From Octopus bimaculoides (taxonomy: Eukaryota), in the NCBI RefSeq assembly GCF_001194135.2, contig NC_068981.1, forward strand, positions 134,837,169 through 134,901,168: a stretch of DNA of 64,000 bases. The letters run 5' to 3'. The notes under the pieces are model-generated. The model made no database searches. It was not told where the DNA came from and was given only the letters and a program-made list of their open reading frames with translations. Positions 37,401 to 49,746 of this stretch are shown piece by piece; the stretch's first letter is position 1; each line of letters begins with the position of its first letter. A program made the translations under genes and the position numbers.

Positions 37401-38996
37401 CACCTACAGCACCAAACAAACGTGGCTGGTTCATTAATCCAATGGGAATGAAGAAAACATTTGAAGTTTGGTTAATCTTTGCTTCAATTATTCCGGCTTT
37501 CCTTATATTTATACTTCTATTCATGGAAGTACAAATCACTGAGTAAGTCTGAAACCTTCTTTTTGTGTTGTTGTTGTTCTTCTTCTTCTAGTAGACATCC
37601 CTCAGTTAACTAGTTGGTATAAAAATCAATTCTAGCTGTCAATAACTTGGCAAAGTTTACTTTTAAGTAGTTATAAGACTCTGTTAATTCTTGAACTAAT
37701 TTAAGTTATTTATCTTTATCTTTTATCCTTCTACTGTTTTCAGTCATTGGACTGTGGCCATGCTGGGGCACTGCTTTGAAGGGTTTTTGTCAAATAAATT
37801 GAGCCCTGTTCTTCTTTTTAAGTCTGGTACTTATTCTGTTGGCCTCTTTTCCTGAACTGTTTAAGTAATTTACAGGGATGTAAACAAACCATTGTTTGTT
37901 GGGTGGTGGTGGGAGATAAACACAAAAGCACACACACACATGCACACACATATACACATGCACATACACAGTGGGCTTCCACTTAGTTTCCATTTATCAA
38001 ATTCACCCACAAGGTAGAAGACACTTCCGTAAGGTGCCATGCATCAGGACAAAACCAGAAACCACATGGTTTTAAAGTGAGCCTTTCCTAGACTGTGATA
38101 TTGAATAGAAACAGACAGCTATATGGTAAGTAGCTTGCTTACCAACCACATGGTTCTGGGTTCAGTCCCACTGCATGGCACCTTGGGCAAGTGTCTTTTA
38201 CTATAGCCTCAGGCTGACCAAAGCCTTGTAAGTGGATTTGGTAGACGGAAACTGAAAGACGCTTGTCGTAAAGGCAGTGCTCCAGCATGGCCACAGTCAA
38301 ATGACTGAAACAAATAAAAGAATAAATACTTGCAATTCTTTGCATTTGCATTTGTAGAACTAAATGTTTTTTTGTTTTGTTTTTTTTTCTGTTTTTTTCC
38401 AGAACCATAATGGACAAAAAAATGAGGAAAGGTTCGGGTTACCATTTGGATATGATGCTAGTTGGCGTACTGGTTAGTATTTGTGCATTACTTGGTTTAC
38501 CATGGATGTGTGCTGCAACAGTACGGTCAGTGGCACATAAGTCAGCCCTTAGTGTATTCAGCCGAACACATGCTCCAGGTGAAAAACCAAAATTATTATA
38601 CGTCCAAGAGCAGCGTCTCACAAGTATATTGGTCAGTATTTTGATAGGTATGTTTCAGTTTTTTATTTATATTTATTTGCTCCTAATCCTGTGTTTTATT
38701 TCATTCCTTTGCATTTTTGGCTATTTAAACCCTCTTTTGTTTTTGTTGTTGATATAGAACTTATGTCAGCATGTTGTTTATATTTCTATACTTCAGTGTG
38801 TTGCATGTCTTTGAGCAATAACTGTTTTTGTTTTCCATACCTCTCTCTCTCCCTCTCTCTCTCTCATTTTACTTTCACTTTTACAACTATGCACTTCACA
38901 CACACACAAACAAACAAACACAGACATGCACATGCAAACACATAAACACCACTCACAAACACATTGTCATGCATGTACTCACAAACACATGTATAC

Positions 38997-39055
<59 letters not shown>

Positions 39056-42000
39056 TTGAATCCATCCCATGTGATACCTTGTGGTAATGTCTTCCACCAT
39101 AGCCTTAGTTCAGCCAAACCCTTGTGTATGAAATTTGTAAAACAGAAACTATGTGGAAGCCCTTCAAATGGGTAACTCTCTTACTTGGGTGGTAAACTTA
39201 AGCTGTTACCCAATTTGACACCACTTCTTGGTCCTTGGATGCGTTTAGTGAAGCCCACTCTGTTGCAAGCATTCAGGACAGGTCTTTGGTTTGAGGATAA
39301 CTTCTCCCTCCTTTCCACCCTTCTATCAGTTTCAGAAGGATAATGGTTGGCCATTCCTTCATTGACTAAACCATTAAACACACACACACTATATCATGCA
39401 CCACATATCACACACATCCCCCACATCACACACACACCACTTCTCTCTCACATATACACACTTTACATCTCTCTCTCGCACACACACACATACACACGCA
39501 CTTCATGGTTTAGTTCTGAATACTAATTTCTGTCACTGTTATGTTAAAATCCATTTTACCCCCATTTCGCATGTTTCTTGTTTTGTTGTACCTTAGGAGG
39601 GTCATTATGCCAATAATAAACACCTGCACTGGTTCTGTTTCACTTCTTTGTTTCATATTTTTATACATTATTGACATTTCATCTCATCTTTTCCTTTTCT
39701 GCCCAGCACTATTCTCTCAAGAGGGGATTTCATTTCCTTTTGGATTTTATTAATTTTTTTTACTTGAATAAAACACATGCAAGGGCAAACAATAAAGAAT
39801 TAATTATTACTAAAAAGCACAAAACAATTATATATTTTTTATATAAATTCTGGATCAGTGCTAATAGCTTTGATAAAAATATGAATGTGTGTATATATGT
39901 ATGCATGTATATGTGTATGTTTAAGTGTGTGTCTATATGTGTGTGTGTCTATATATATATATATCAATTATAATCAAGGATAAAATCTATATAGGATTTT
40001 ATCAAGTAGCTAGCTTGTAAAAACTTTCGGTTTTGTTATACTGAGGACAGTGAAGTGGTATTACATCACTAAACCAGAAACCGATCTGTGGCTAAACTTT
40101 TTCAAAGAATCTTTTTTGTTCATTCCCTCACTTTCAGTTCATGTCTATGTGATAAATAAAGTAGTTTAGAATCATTTGGCATCTTCTTCTAGCATGTGGC
40201 ATTAGTTGGTAGTTGCCCTTATTATAATTTTATAATTATAGTTATAAAATTAAGCCTCACCGAGGCAATGACTTGTGACCGAGACCTTTGGAAATATGCT
40301 GTGCATGAGAAAACCTGGCAAGCCAAGTGAGACCATAACCCATGGCCTTTACCAGGTGTGTAGCCAGTCCGCTTATGTGTACCATTCCTTCTTTGGACAC
40401 AAAACCCTGCTTGCAAAGACCTGTTGAGGCAAGTGAAATCGAAATTGAAAACAAAAAAGAAATTGAACCAAATTTGTTGACTGGCACCCATGCCAACCTT
40501 CCCTCATTGGACACTAAACTCAGTTTGCGAAGACCTATTGGGGCAAGTGAGATCGAAACTGAACCAAATTCAATGACTGGCACCCGTGCCAGTGGAGCGC
40601 TAACAGCACCATCCGAGTGGGATCACTGCCAGAGCAGCAGTCTCGCTTCCATGCCGATGGCACATAAAAAGTACCATTTGAGCGCGATCATTTCTAGCTT
40701 CGCCTTACTGGCACTCGTGCCGGTGGCATGTGAACAAAACATTGGACTGACTCCTCTGCAGGTGGCATGTAAAAAAACACCATTTGAGCGTGGCCGTTGC
40801 CAGTACCACTGGACTGGCCCTTGTGCTGGTGGCACATAAAAAGCACCCACTACACTCTCGGAGTGGTTGGCGTTAGGAAGGGCATCCAGGTGTAAAAACT
40901 CTGCCAGATCAGATTAGAGTCTGGTGTAACCATCTGGTTCGCTAGTCCCCAGTCAAATCGTCCAACCCATGCTAGCATGGAAAGCAGACGTTAAATGATG
41001 ATGATGATGATGATACTTTGTGTGTGTATGTGTATATATATCATCATCATCATCATCATCATTGTTTAACGTACATCTTCCATGCATGCATGGAATATAT
41101 AATGAGTCTCATACAAATCTTGGCAAATCAACTTGAAAACATCTCAACACATCTTTGGTTAACAGATTACTCTGAAAGAAAGTTTTCTAAAGTCATTCAA
41201 CTGGTCGGTATGGTAATCCATACAGAGTTAAGCAATAGTTTACCAGTCCTGGAAATCTGTGCATATATCAGAGATATAATTAGTACATATTACTGGTGTA
41301 GCCCCCTAGCTTACCAGCTCTGGTCAAACTGTCTAACCCATGCCAGCATGGACAATGGACAGTAAATGATGATGATGATAATTACGTAGCATATTATTTA
41401 GTCAACAAAAGAATGGATAGCTTAAAAACATCACTACGCACATTTCAGCAGTGTGGCTGTTTATTACAATACAAAATACATTACATAACATATTACACAA
41501 TGTTATGTCAATCCACACTGTTGTGTAACCACACTATTTCTTCAGGTGATATTCAGCCTTCATTTGCCAAAATACAATCTATAAAGATAAAGATGCAATC
41601 TATAAGGATAAAAATATTTATAAACCAACTGAATGAAATAAGGATTTTCAATGGGTGGAGATATTAAAGCTTGCAGCCAACTAGGCAGTTAAATTAATAT
41701 ATGAACATACTTGAAGGGGAGTGGCCAAGAGGTCTTATCAGATGTTGGATTCTACAGCAAAGAGAATTTTTGATGGGCAGCTAATTTCCTGTAATAAACA
41801 ATGCAGCTGTCATTAAACAGAATCTGAAAAGTTATCAGTGATCCTCATTTAAGATGTGGCTCCAACATAACTATAAGAGCACAACAATCATTAAGGTAAA
41901 TTGATAAGAGAATACAGCTTGCTGCTATGAGACGAATGTGAAGTATATCATACACGTGTGTATTTACACATATATGCTGAATAATATATACTCAGTCAGG

Positions 42001-45000
42001 GATGGAGAAGATTAAACTTTATGCATAAACACACCAAAAAACTACATTTACACAAGTAATCAACATACTCATGCAAATACATGCACTAATGGTTATTTAG
42101 GTGTGTGTATATACACAGACATTCCACAAATACATGTTCTATTAAATCATGCTAAATAGCATTGCCACAACTACCAACATATACACATACGTACACTTGT
42201 AAGAAAGGGCAAAGGGCAAAGACCCCCTTCGGTCATGAATGACCATGGGATTACTCCTAAAATGTTACCCTCCAAGGCACAAGTCCGAGCAAGGTTGTTT
42301 ATGGAAGACCAGCAGTCACCCATGCATACCAGCCTCCCCTCTCCATACCACCGATGTTACCCAAGGGAAAGGCAAAGGCTGATGCAGCTTGGCACCAGTG
42401 ACATCACAACTCAATTCTACAGTTAGTTGAACTGGAGCAATATGAAATAAAGTGCCTTACTCAAGGACACAACACACAGCTTGATCCAGGAATGAAACTC
42501 ATTACCTCATGATTGTGAGCCAGTCGCTCTAACCACTGAACCATGGACACTACCTATAATAAACCACAAAATAGAATAGTATGTATTCCTTGCTTAGGGG
42601 TCCAAGATGAACTTGGCCAACAAAGTGTAGTTGTCTTTCCTTTCAAATACAATGCTCTAATGTTTAACATTTTTGATTCTCCTGAGACCACTCCTAGTTC
42701 TATGATATAAACACCCTGTTTTAAAGTGATTTAAATTAAAATTTTCTATCAAAATTTTGTGTTAATTTATGTTCTCAACACCAACTCAATAACGACAGTT
42801 ATTTAACTAAATTCTTAAGTATTTTTAAAATTGAAACAAAGGAAGTGTATTTCTATGGAAATAAGGTAACAAGGGTTAAGGGAACATAACCACACAAGAG
42901 GAAAACCTGTGTGGTTAAATATTCCCTTATTCAGAGCAATAGCTGTCATGTCAAAGTATCTTTGATCCTCCGTTTTACTTTTGTGCAGTCATTTGACTGT
43001 GGCCATGCTGGGTCATCACCTTCAAGGTTTAGTCAAACAAATCAACTCCAGGACTTATTTTTCAAGTCTGGTACCTAATCTATTATTCCCTTATGCCAAA
43101 TTCCTAAGTTACAGGGATATAAACAAACCAACACCGGTTGTCAAGTGGTGAAAGGGAATAGACACAAAGACACATGCTCACACACACATATACAATGGGC
43201 TTCCACACAGTTTCTTATTTCTTTATTGCCCACAAGGGGCTAAACATAGAGGGGACAAACAAGGACAGACAAAGGGATTAAGTCGATTACATCGACACCA
43301 GTGCATAACTGGTACTTAATTTATCGACCCCGAAAGGATGAAAGGCAAAGTCAACCTCGGCGGAATTTGAACTCAGAACGTAACGGCAGACGAAATACTG
43401 CTAAGCATTTCGCCCAGCGTGCTAACGTCTCTGCCAGCTCGCCGCCTTATATGGGCTTCCACACAGTTTCTATCTATCAAATCTTCTCATAGGGCGTTGA
43501 TCAGCCTGTGGTTATAGTTGAAGACACTTGCTCAAGGTGCCACACTGTGGGACTGAACCCAAGACCATATGGCTGCAAAGCAATCTTCTTTTCCACACAG
43601 TTGTGCCTGCACTTATGTTCACTTTTAGTAGACAGTTTACACTGGTCATTACAAAAATGTATGGTAATTAGATGGGATTTGTGTGTTGGGTTAAAGGTGT
43701 ATGATCAACTCATTAAGGCACATGGTTTAGTGGTCAGGGTATTCAGCTCATGACTGTAAGGTCTTGTGTTCGTTTCCCAGCGGTGCATTGTATCCTTGAG
43801 CAAGACACTTTATTTCATGTTGCTCTAGTCCAGAGGTGGGGAAACATTTTAGTGCGGTGAGCAAGAATTTACAAAGAAAAAGGTCTGTGGGTGGGTCACA
43901 AGTTCTAACTCTGTGTACATCTTGTATATATCTATGTATAATTCGATATACGTTAATAAAAATAAGTTTAAGACATTAAATTAATGCGTAACATCCTCAT
44001 TAACGTCACCACTGAATTTAGGACATCTATATTACTTATGAGGTTTCTATATTTTTCAGCTAGAGTGTAGTTGGGTCCCAAGGGAGTGGTACAAACTTAG
44101 CACTATATGTTTTATAGTGAAAACAAAATTTCCATTCAAATGGCAGTTACCAGACAAGTTTCTGTTCTAGTTTAATTATTTTATGTGGTAGTGAAAACAT
44201 GACCTATGTCACAAATAGGCATATGAATATTGTATAAATTTTATAATTGCAAAATTTACTATATTTTGTACATACGAATATATATATGGGCGGGAGTTTC
44301 CCGACTCCTGCTCTAGTCACTCAGCTAGCAAAAATGAGTTGTACCTGTATTTCAAAGGGCCAGACTTGTCATATTCTGTGTCACGCTGAATCTCCCTGAG
44401 AACTATGTTAAGAGTATACATGTCAATCACTTGCAAGTTAATTTCACAAGCAGGCTGTTCCATTGATTGGATCAACTGAAACACTCATTGTCATAACCAA
44501 CAGAGTGCTTATAATTATCAACTCATGCACTCGAGTGTTAGAATTGGCAGCAGTTAAATTTTCTTTGTAAATCCAGTCATGGTCAACTTTGCCTTTCATC
44601 TTTACAGAGACAGTAAAATAATAGTTAAATAGCAGAGTGGCTAAGGGAATATAATCAACTACAGACACACAAAAGCATGCACATGCACACACATAAAAAT
44701 ATGTGGCCTTGCACCTATATTAAGAATCAAAGGAAAAACCTGCCTAAGAATAGAGACCGCTTTGTAATTTTTCCCCGCCATCAATACCAGATAAACCACT
44801 TATATATAGATGTGTTTCTCATGCCACCACTATTTGTGCCTTCGGCAATGGAAATTAACTATACTTTCATTAACATTCACTAATTATGTTATGTACAGTC
44901 AGAGCTGATAAGTGAGACTTTTTGAAAGTGTGTTGTCTATTCATGAAACACACACACACACACCCACACATTATGTACTGACATAATGAAAGAAAGAACT

Positions 45001-48000
45001 TTAAGATAACCCTCAGGAGATGGAAATAGCTAGCAGGATATGCAGAAATGTTATAAAATAACAATTCAGTTCTATATTTAAGAGATGAGGAATTATTTAC
45101 ATTATTTACATTTGACGGATATTTCTCCTCATCTTGTTTGTTGTTAACACAACGTTTCGGCTGATATACCCTCCAGCCTTCGTCAGGTGTCTTGGGGAAA
45201 TTTCGAACCTGGGTTCTCATTCCTAACGATGTTACTATTATTATTATTACTATTATTAATCAGCAACCTGATTAATAATAGTAATAATAATAATAGTAAC
45301 ATCGTTAGGAATGAGAACCCAGGTTCGAAATTTCCCCAAGACACCTGACGAAGGCTGGAGGGTATATCAGCCGAAACGTTGTGTTAACAACAAACAAGAT
45401 GAGGAGAAATATCCGTCAAATGTAAATAATGTAAATAATGAAAATAACAATTCTTTTGAAATGTGAAAAGAAAAGTAAAAAATTTTAGACTACATAATAA
45501 AATATAGATGAAAAATCTGAGAAGAAAATCATAAATTTTATAAAGAGAAACATTGAAAAGGATATTAATTGGTGGCTAAATGCAGTGATTTTGTTCTCAA
45601 AGTGACTAGGATTTACTCAAATAGCTCAGAAATAACTGTGTAATTAAGAAATATGCTTCCCAACCATGTGGTTTTGAGTTCAGCCCCACTCTGCAATACC
45701 TTGGAAAAGTGTTTTCTATAGCCCATGGCTGACTAAAGTCTTGTAAGTGGATTAATAGATGGAAACCGAAAGAACCCTGCCATGTGTGTGTGTTTATTTG
45801 TGCTCCAAAAATTTCTGATTTACAAGTAGTGATGTTACTATCAGTTGCCCTTTCAACAAATCATTTGCCCTTCAACAACTTGCAGAATAAGAGATCCCTT
45901 ACTGTAAAAAGAAAGGTAAGAGTTAGCAATAGATAGAATATCTGGCCATAAAACAATTCCTCAATAATATATTCATCTAACTTGTGCTAGCTTTGGAAAA
46001 CATTAAAAGCAAATGAATTCACCTAGCAGAATTTAAACCAGTAGAGAAAGAAAATAATTTTTTATTATAATTACAGAAATTGGTGTTAATATTTGTATTT
46101 TACTAAATCTTATTATTACATTTCGTTTTTGTATTTGGTTTGCAAGATTCTTTATATGAATTTGTGCGTTGAAGCGTATTTTATTGTGTCTGGGGAGAGT
46201 CATTCACTTTTAGTGCCTTATTAATTTAGCACACTCACCAGTTTGATTTCCACTCATTTACTCATTTATTTTTTTTACTAAATAGGCACAGGAGTGGCTG
46301 TGTGGTAAGTAGCTTGCTTACCAACCACATGGTTCCGGGTTCAGTCCCACTGCGTAGCACCTTGGGCAAGTGTCTTCTACTATAGCCTCAGGCCGACCAA
46401 AGCCTTGTGAGTGGATTTGGTAGATGGAAACTGAAACAAGCCCATCGTATATATGTATATATATGTATGTGTGTTTGTGTGTCTGTGTTTGTCCCTCCAC
46501 CATCGCTTGACAACCGATGCAGGTGTGTTTACGTCCCTGTAACTTAGCGGTTCGGCAAAAAGAGACTGATAGAATAAGTACTAGGTTTACGAGGTATAAG
46601 TCCTGGGGTCGATTTTCTCGACTAAAGGCGGTGCTCCAGCATGGCCACAGTCAAATGACTGAAACAAGTAAAAGAGTAAAGATTAAAAGAGTAAATAAGT
46701 AAAAATAAAGTAATAAATAAGTAAATGAGTGGAAATCAAACTGGCGAGTGTATTAAATTAATAAGGCACTAAAAGAGAATGACTCTCCCCAGACACAATA
46801 AAATTATTACTACATATTTTGGAGATGTACTTTATCCATTTATCAATTTAAAACTACCTGCTCCTGGCCCTCAAGAGCTTTTAGCAGAGTTCATTCTAGT
46901 AGCAGCTTTCAGGCCATATCTCTTGTCTGAAGATAATGTTCACTTTTCCTCTTACCAGTTTTTAGAGCCCTGAAAAGGGGGCATGGGTGAAGCCCTTCTG
47001 CTGATTTAGCCATAACCCAGAAATATAATTAACAAAAAACAAAGTGGACTCTGAAGAAAGCACCCAAAGACCAGATGATAATACTAAACCAGGAGACAAG
47101 TTAGGTCTTCCATCTATGATAGAGTTTATTCATTTGTTGATTGTTTATTTCACCATAGATTGATGGGTTTGGATGGAGAATTATTTGAGGCTGGATTTTA
47201 CAGCTGGATGCTTTTACTGTTGCCAACCATTACTTCAAGTAAGGGGTTTCTTTATTGCACACAACATTGAAAACACAGAGGGAGCAGTTATAATGTCGAC
47301 AAGGAATATCAACATCAGCATTGCTTCATTCACACAATGGCAAAGAATGGAATATAACTGTTCACATACACATACATATCTATTTACATACACACACACA
47401 TGCATGTTGACTTCTTGAAGTTTCTGTCTACCAACCCCTTCACATGGTATTGGTTAGCTCTGGGCTATACCAGAAGACACTTGCCCAAAATGCCATGCAG
47501 TGGAACTGAACACCTGAAACCCCTGGTAACAAGGTGAATCCTTAAACCACACAGCCATACCTGCACCTATAATATATAAAGATAAAAACTAATTCACAGC
47601 CCTTAATTTTCTTCTTTTTCAGACAGTAATTTTTTTTAAGACTCTCTTTGTGAATTTGCCTTTCAACATTGAATATTCTGTATTTTTACTAACTGAATTT
47701 TTTTGTGTTTTGATAGGTTCATCTTTATCATGGGGTCCACTATTTCGAGAGATCCCTCTTACTGTTTTGTTTGGTGTCTTTCTTTATCTTGGTGTGTCTT
47801 CTATGAGTGGGGTGCAAATGTATGAAAGAACTAAACTGCTACTTATGCCAGTGAAACACCATCCATCTGTTGGCTATGTGCGACGGGTAAGTTCTCTTTA
47901 TATTATGTCTGTCTATTAATATGACTCCAGCTTTGAAAAATAATACATGAACGATATTGCTATCAATTCGTTCATGGAATTGAACTTGGTGTCTTTGGTT

Positions 48001-49714
48001 GAGAAGTGATCTTATTCACTATAAAGTTCTAAGGAAAGATATGCCCCTGGCCACTTTGAGTTATTTCTTTTAGCTCATTTTTGCTTCAGTTACGCATATT
48101 AGCTAAGCTATAAATGTTTTCTAAGGGACTGAGAGAGTTGTGGTGATTTGCTGTACTTGAGAAGACATATCAAGCTGAGTAAAACTGTTGTCATCCATAC
48201 ATTCAGGCTTGTCCATTATAGGTGCTGGTGCCATATAAAATGCATTTGTGCCGGTGCTGCATAAATGCACCCATGCCAGTGGCACATAAAATGCACCCAG
48301 CACACTCTGTAAACTGGCTGGTATTAGGAAGGACATCCAACCGTAGAAACCATACCACAACAAACAACTGGAGTTTGGACAGCTCCCTCCTAGCTAGCTC
48401 CTGTCAAACCATCCAACTCATGCCAGCATGGAAAATGGACATTAACCCTTCTGTTACCATATTTCTGTTGAGAAGAAACTTGCCCAAGGTGCCACACAGT
48501 GGGACTGAATGCCAAACCATGTGGTTGGGAAGCAAGCTTCTTACCACACAGCCGCGCCTGCACCTATCTCCACTTCTCAAGTGGAACTGATCTTATGTCA
48601 CCTAGAGTCAGAGATAGTTCTAATAAATAAAAAAATTATGTTATGTGGTATTTAATATACCTGCATTTGTCTATGCAGTACAACTAATTATTTTAGAGGA
48701 GCAGAAGGCATTTTTTGCATGGCACCTGTGCCCAGCGTCGCCTTTCTGGCACTTGTGCCCGTGACATGTGTAAGGATTTTCGAGCGAGATTGTTGCCAGT
48801 GCCCCTAGACTGGCTCTTGTGCGGGTGGCACATAAAATACACCATTTTGAGCGTGGCCGTTGCCAGTACTGCCTGACTGGCCTTCGTGCGGCTGACACGT
48901 AAAAGCACCCACTACACTCTCTGAGTGGTTTGCGTTAGGAAGGGCATCCAGCTGTAGAAACTCTGCCAAATCAGATTGGAGCCTGGTGTAGCCATCTGGT
49001 TTCACCAGTCCTCAGTCAAATTGTCCAACCCATGCTAGCATGGAAAGCAGACGTTAAATGATGATAAAAAGAAGGCAGAGAGAGAAAATGCAAATTACAT
49101 AAATGTCTTAACATCTATATTGATTTACGTTTGTTTTTCATAAGAACATAAATTCATCATATCTTCAGCAGTGAGGAGGTGGTTGGAATGATGTCTAATA
49201 TGTTCCATGAAAGACAAAACTAAGTGGACAATCCTCATGTTTGTGCTCAGCTACCAAACCTCCTGCTAAAAAGACATGATTGGTGGTGGTCAGTAGAATG
49301 CCACTTGGACACAGACTAAGGCATGATCAGTCGTAACTGGATGAGAGTGCACATTGCAAAACCTGAAACAGGCAATGGCTCCCAGATATAATGCTGATGA
49401 TGTGTCCAAGTATTGCGTTTAGATGAATGATTAGCATATGTATGGAGGTGGGGACATCCACCCTTAGAAATCATGCCAGAACAGACATTGAAGTTTGAAG
49501 CAGCCCTCCAGTTCATTAGATCTTATCAAACTGTCCAATCTATTCAAGCATGGAAGACAAAAATTAAATGACGGTGGCAGCAGTGGCAGGGAGGAGAAGG
49601 AGGAGTTCTGACCATTATATTATAAACAAACTGATTTGTCATGTTTTTGTTGTTGATGTTTCAGGGGTTTTTTTGTCTTTTTGTTTTTCTTTTCTATTTT
49701 TCATACATTTTTAA

Positions 49715-49746
<32 letters not shown>

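Larger units (their letters stand above)
45092..45439. repeat. Perfect palindrome, 172-bp arms, 4-nt loop (caac)
   Basis: Arms 45092-45263 and 45268-45439; no mismatch found by hand comparison. Confidence 0.95.

Noticed and set aside
40342-40839. 165-aa ORF as a gene
   Set aside because: Lies wholly in family D internal tandem modules; no splice or domain support.
44870-45220. 116-aa ORF as a gene
   Set aside because: It is a read-through of the ribozyme repeat arm into flanking DNA.
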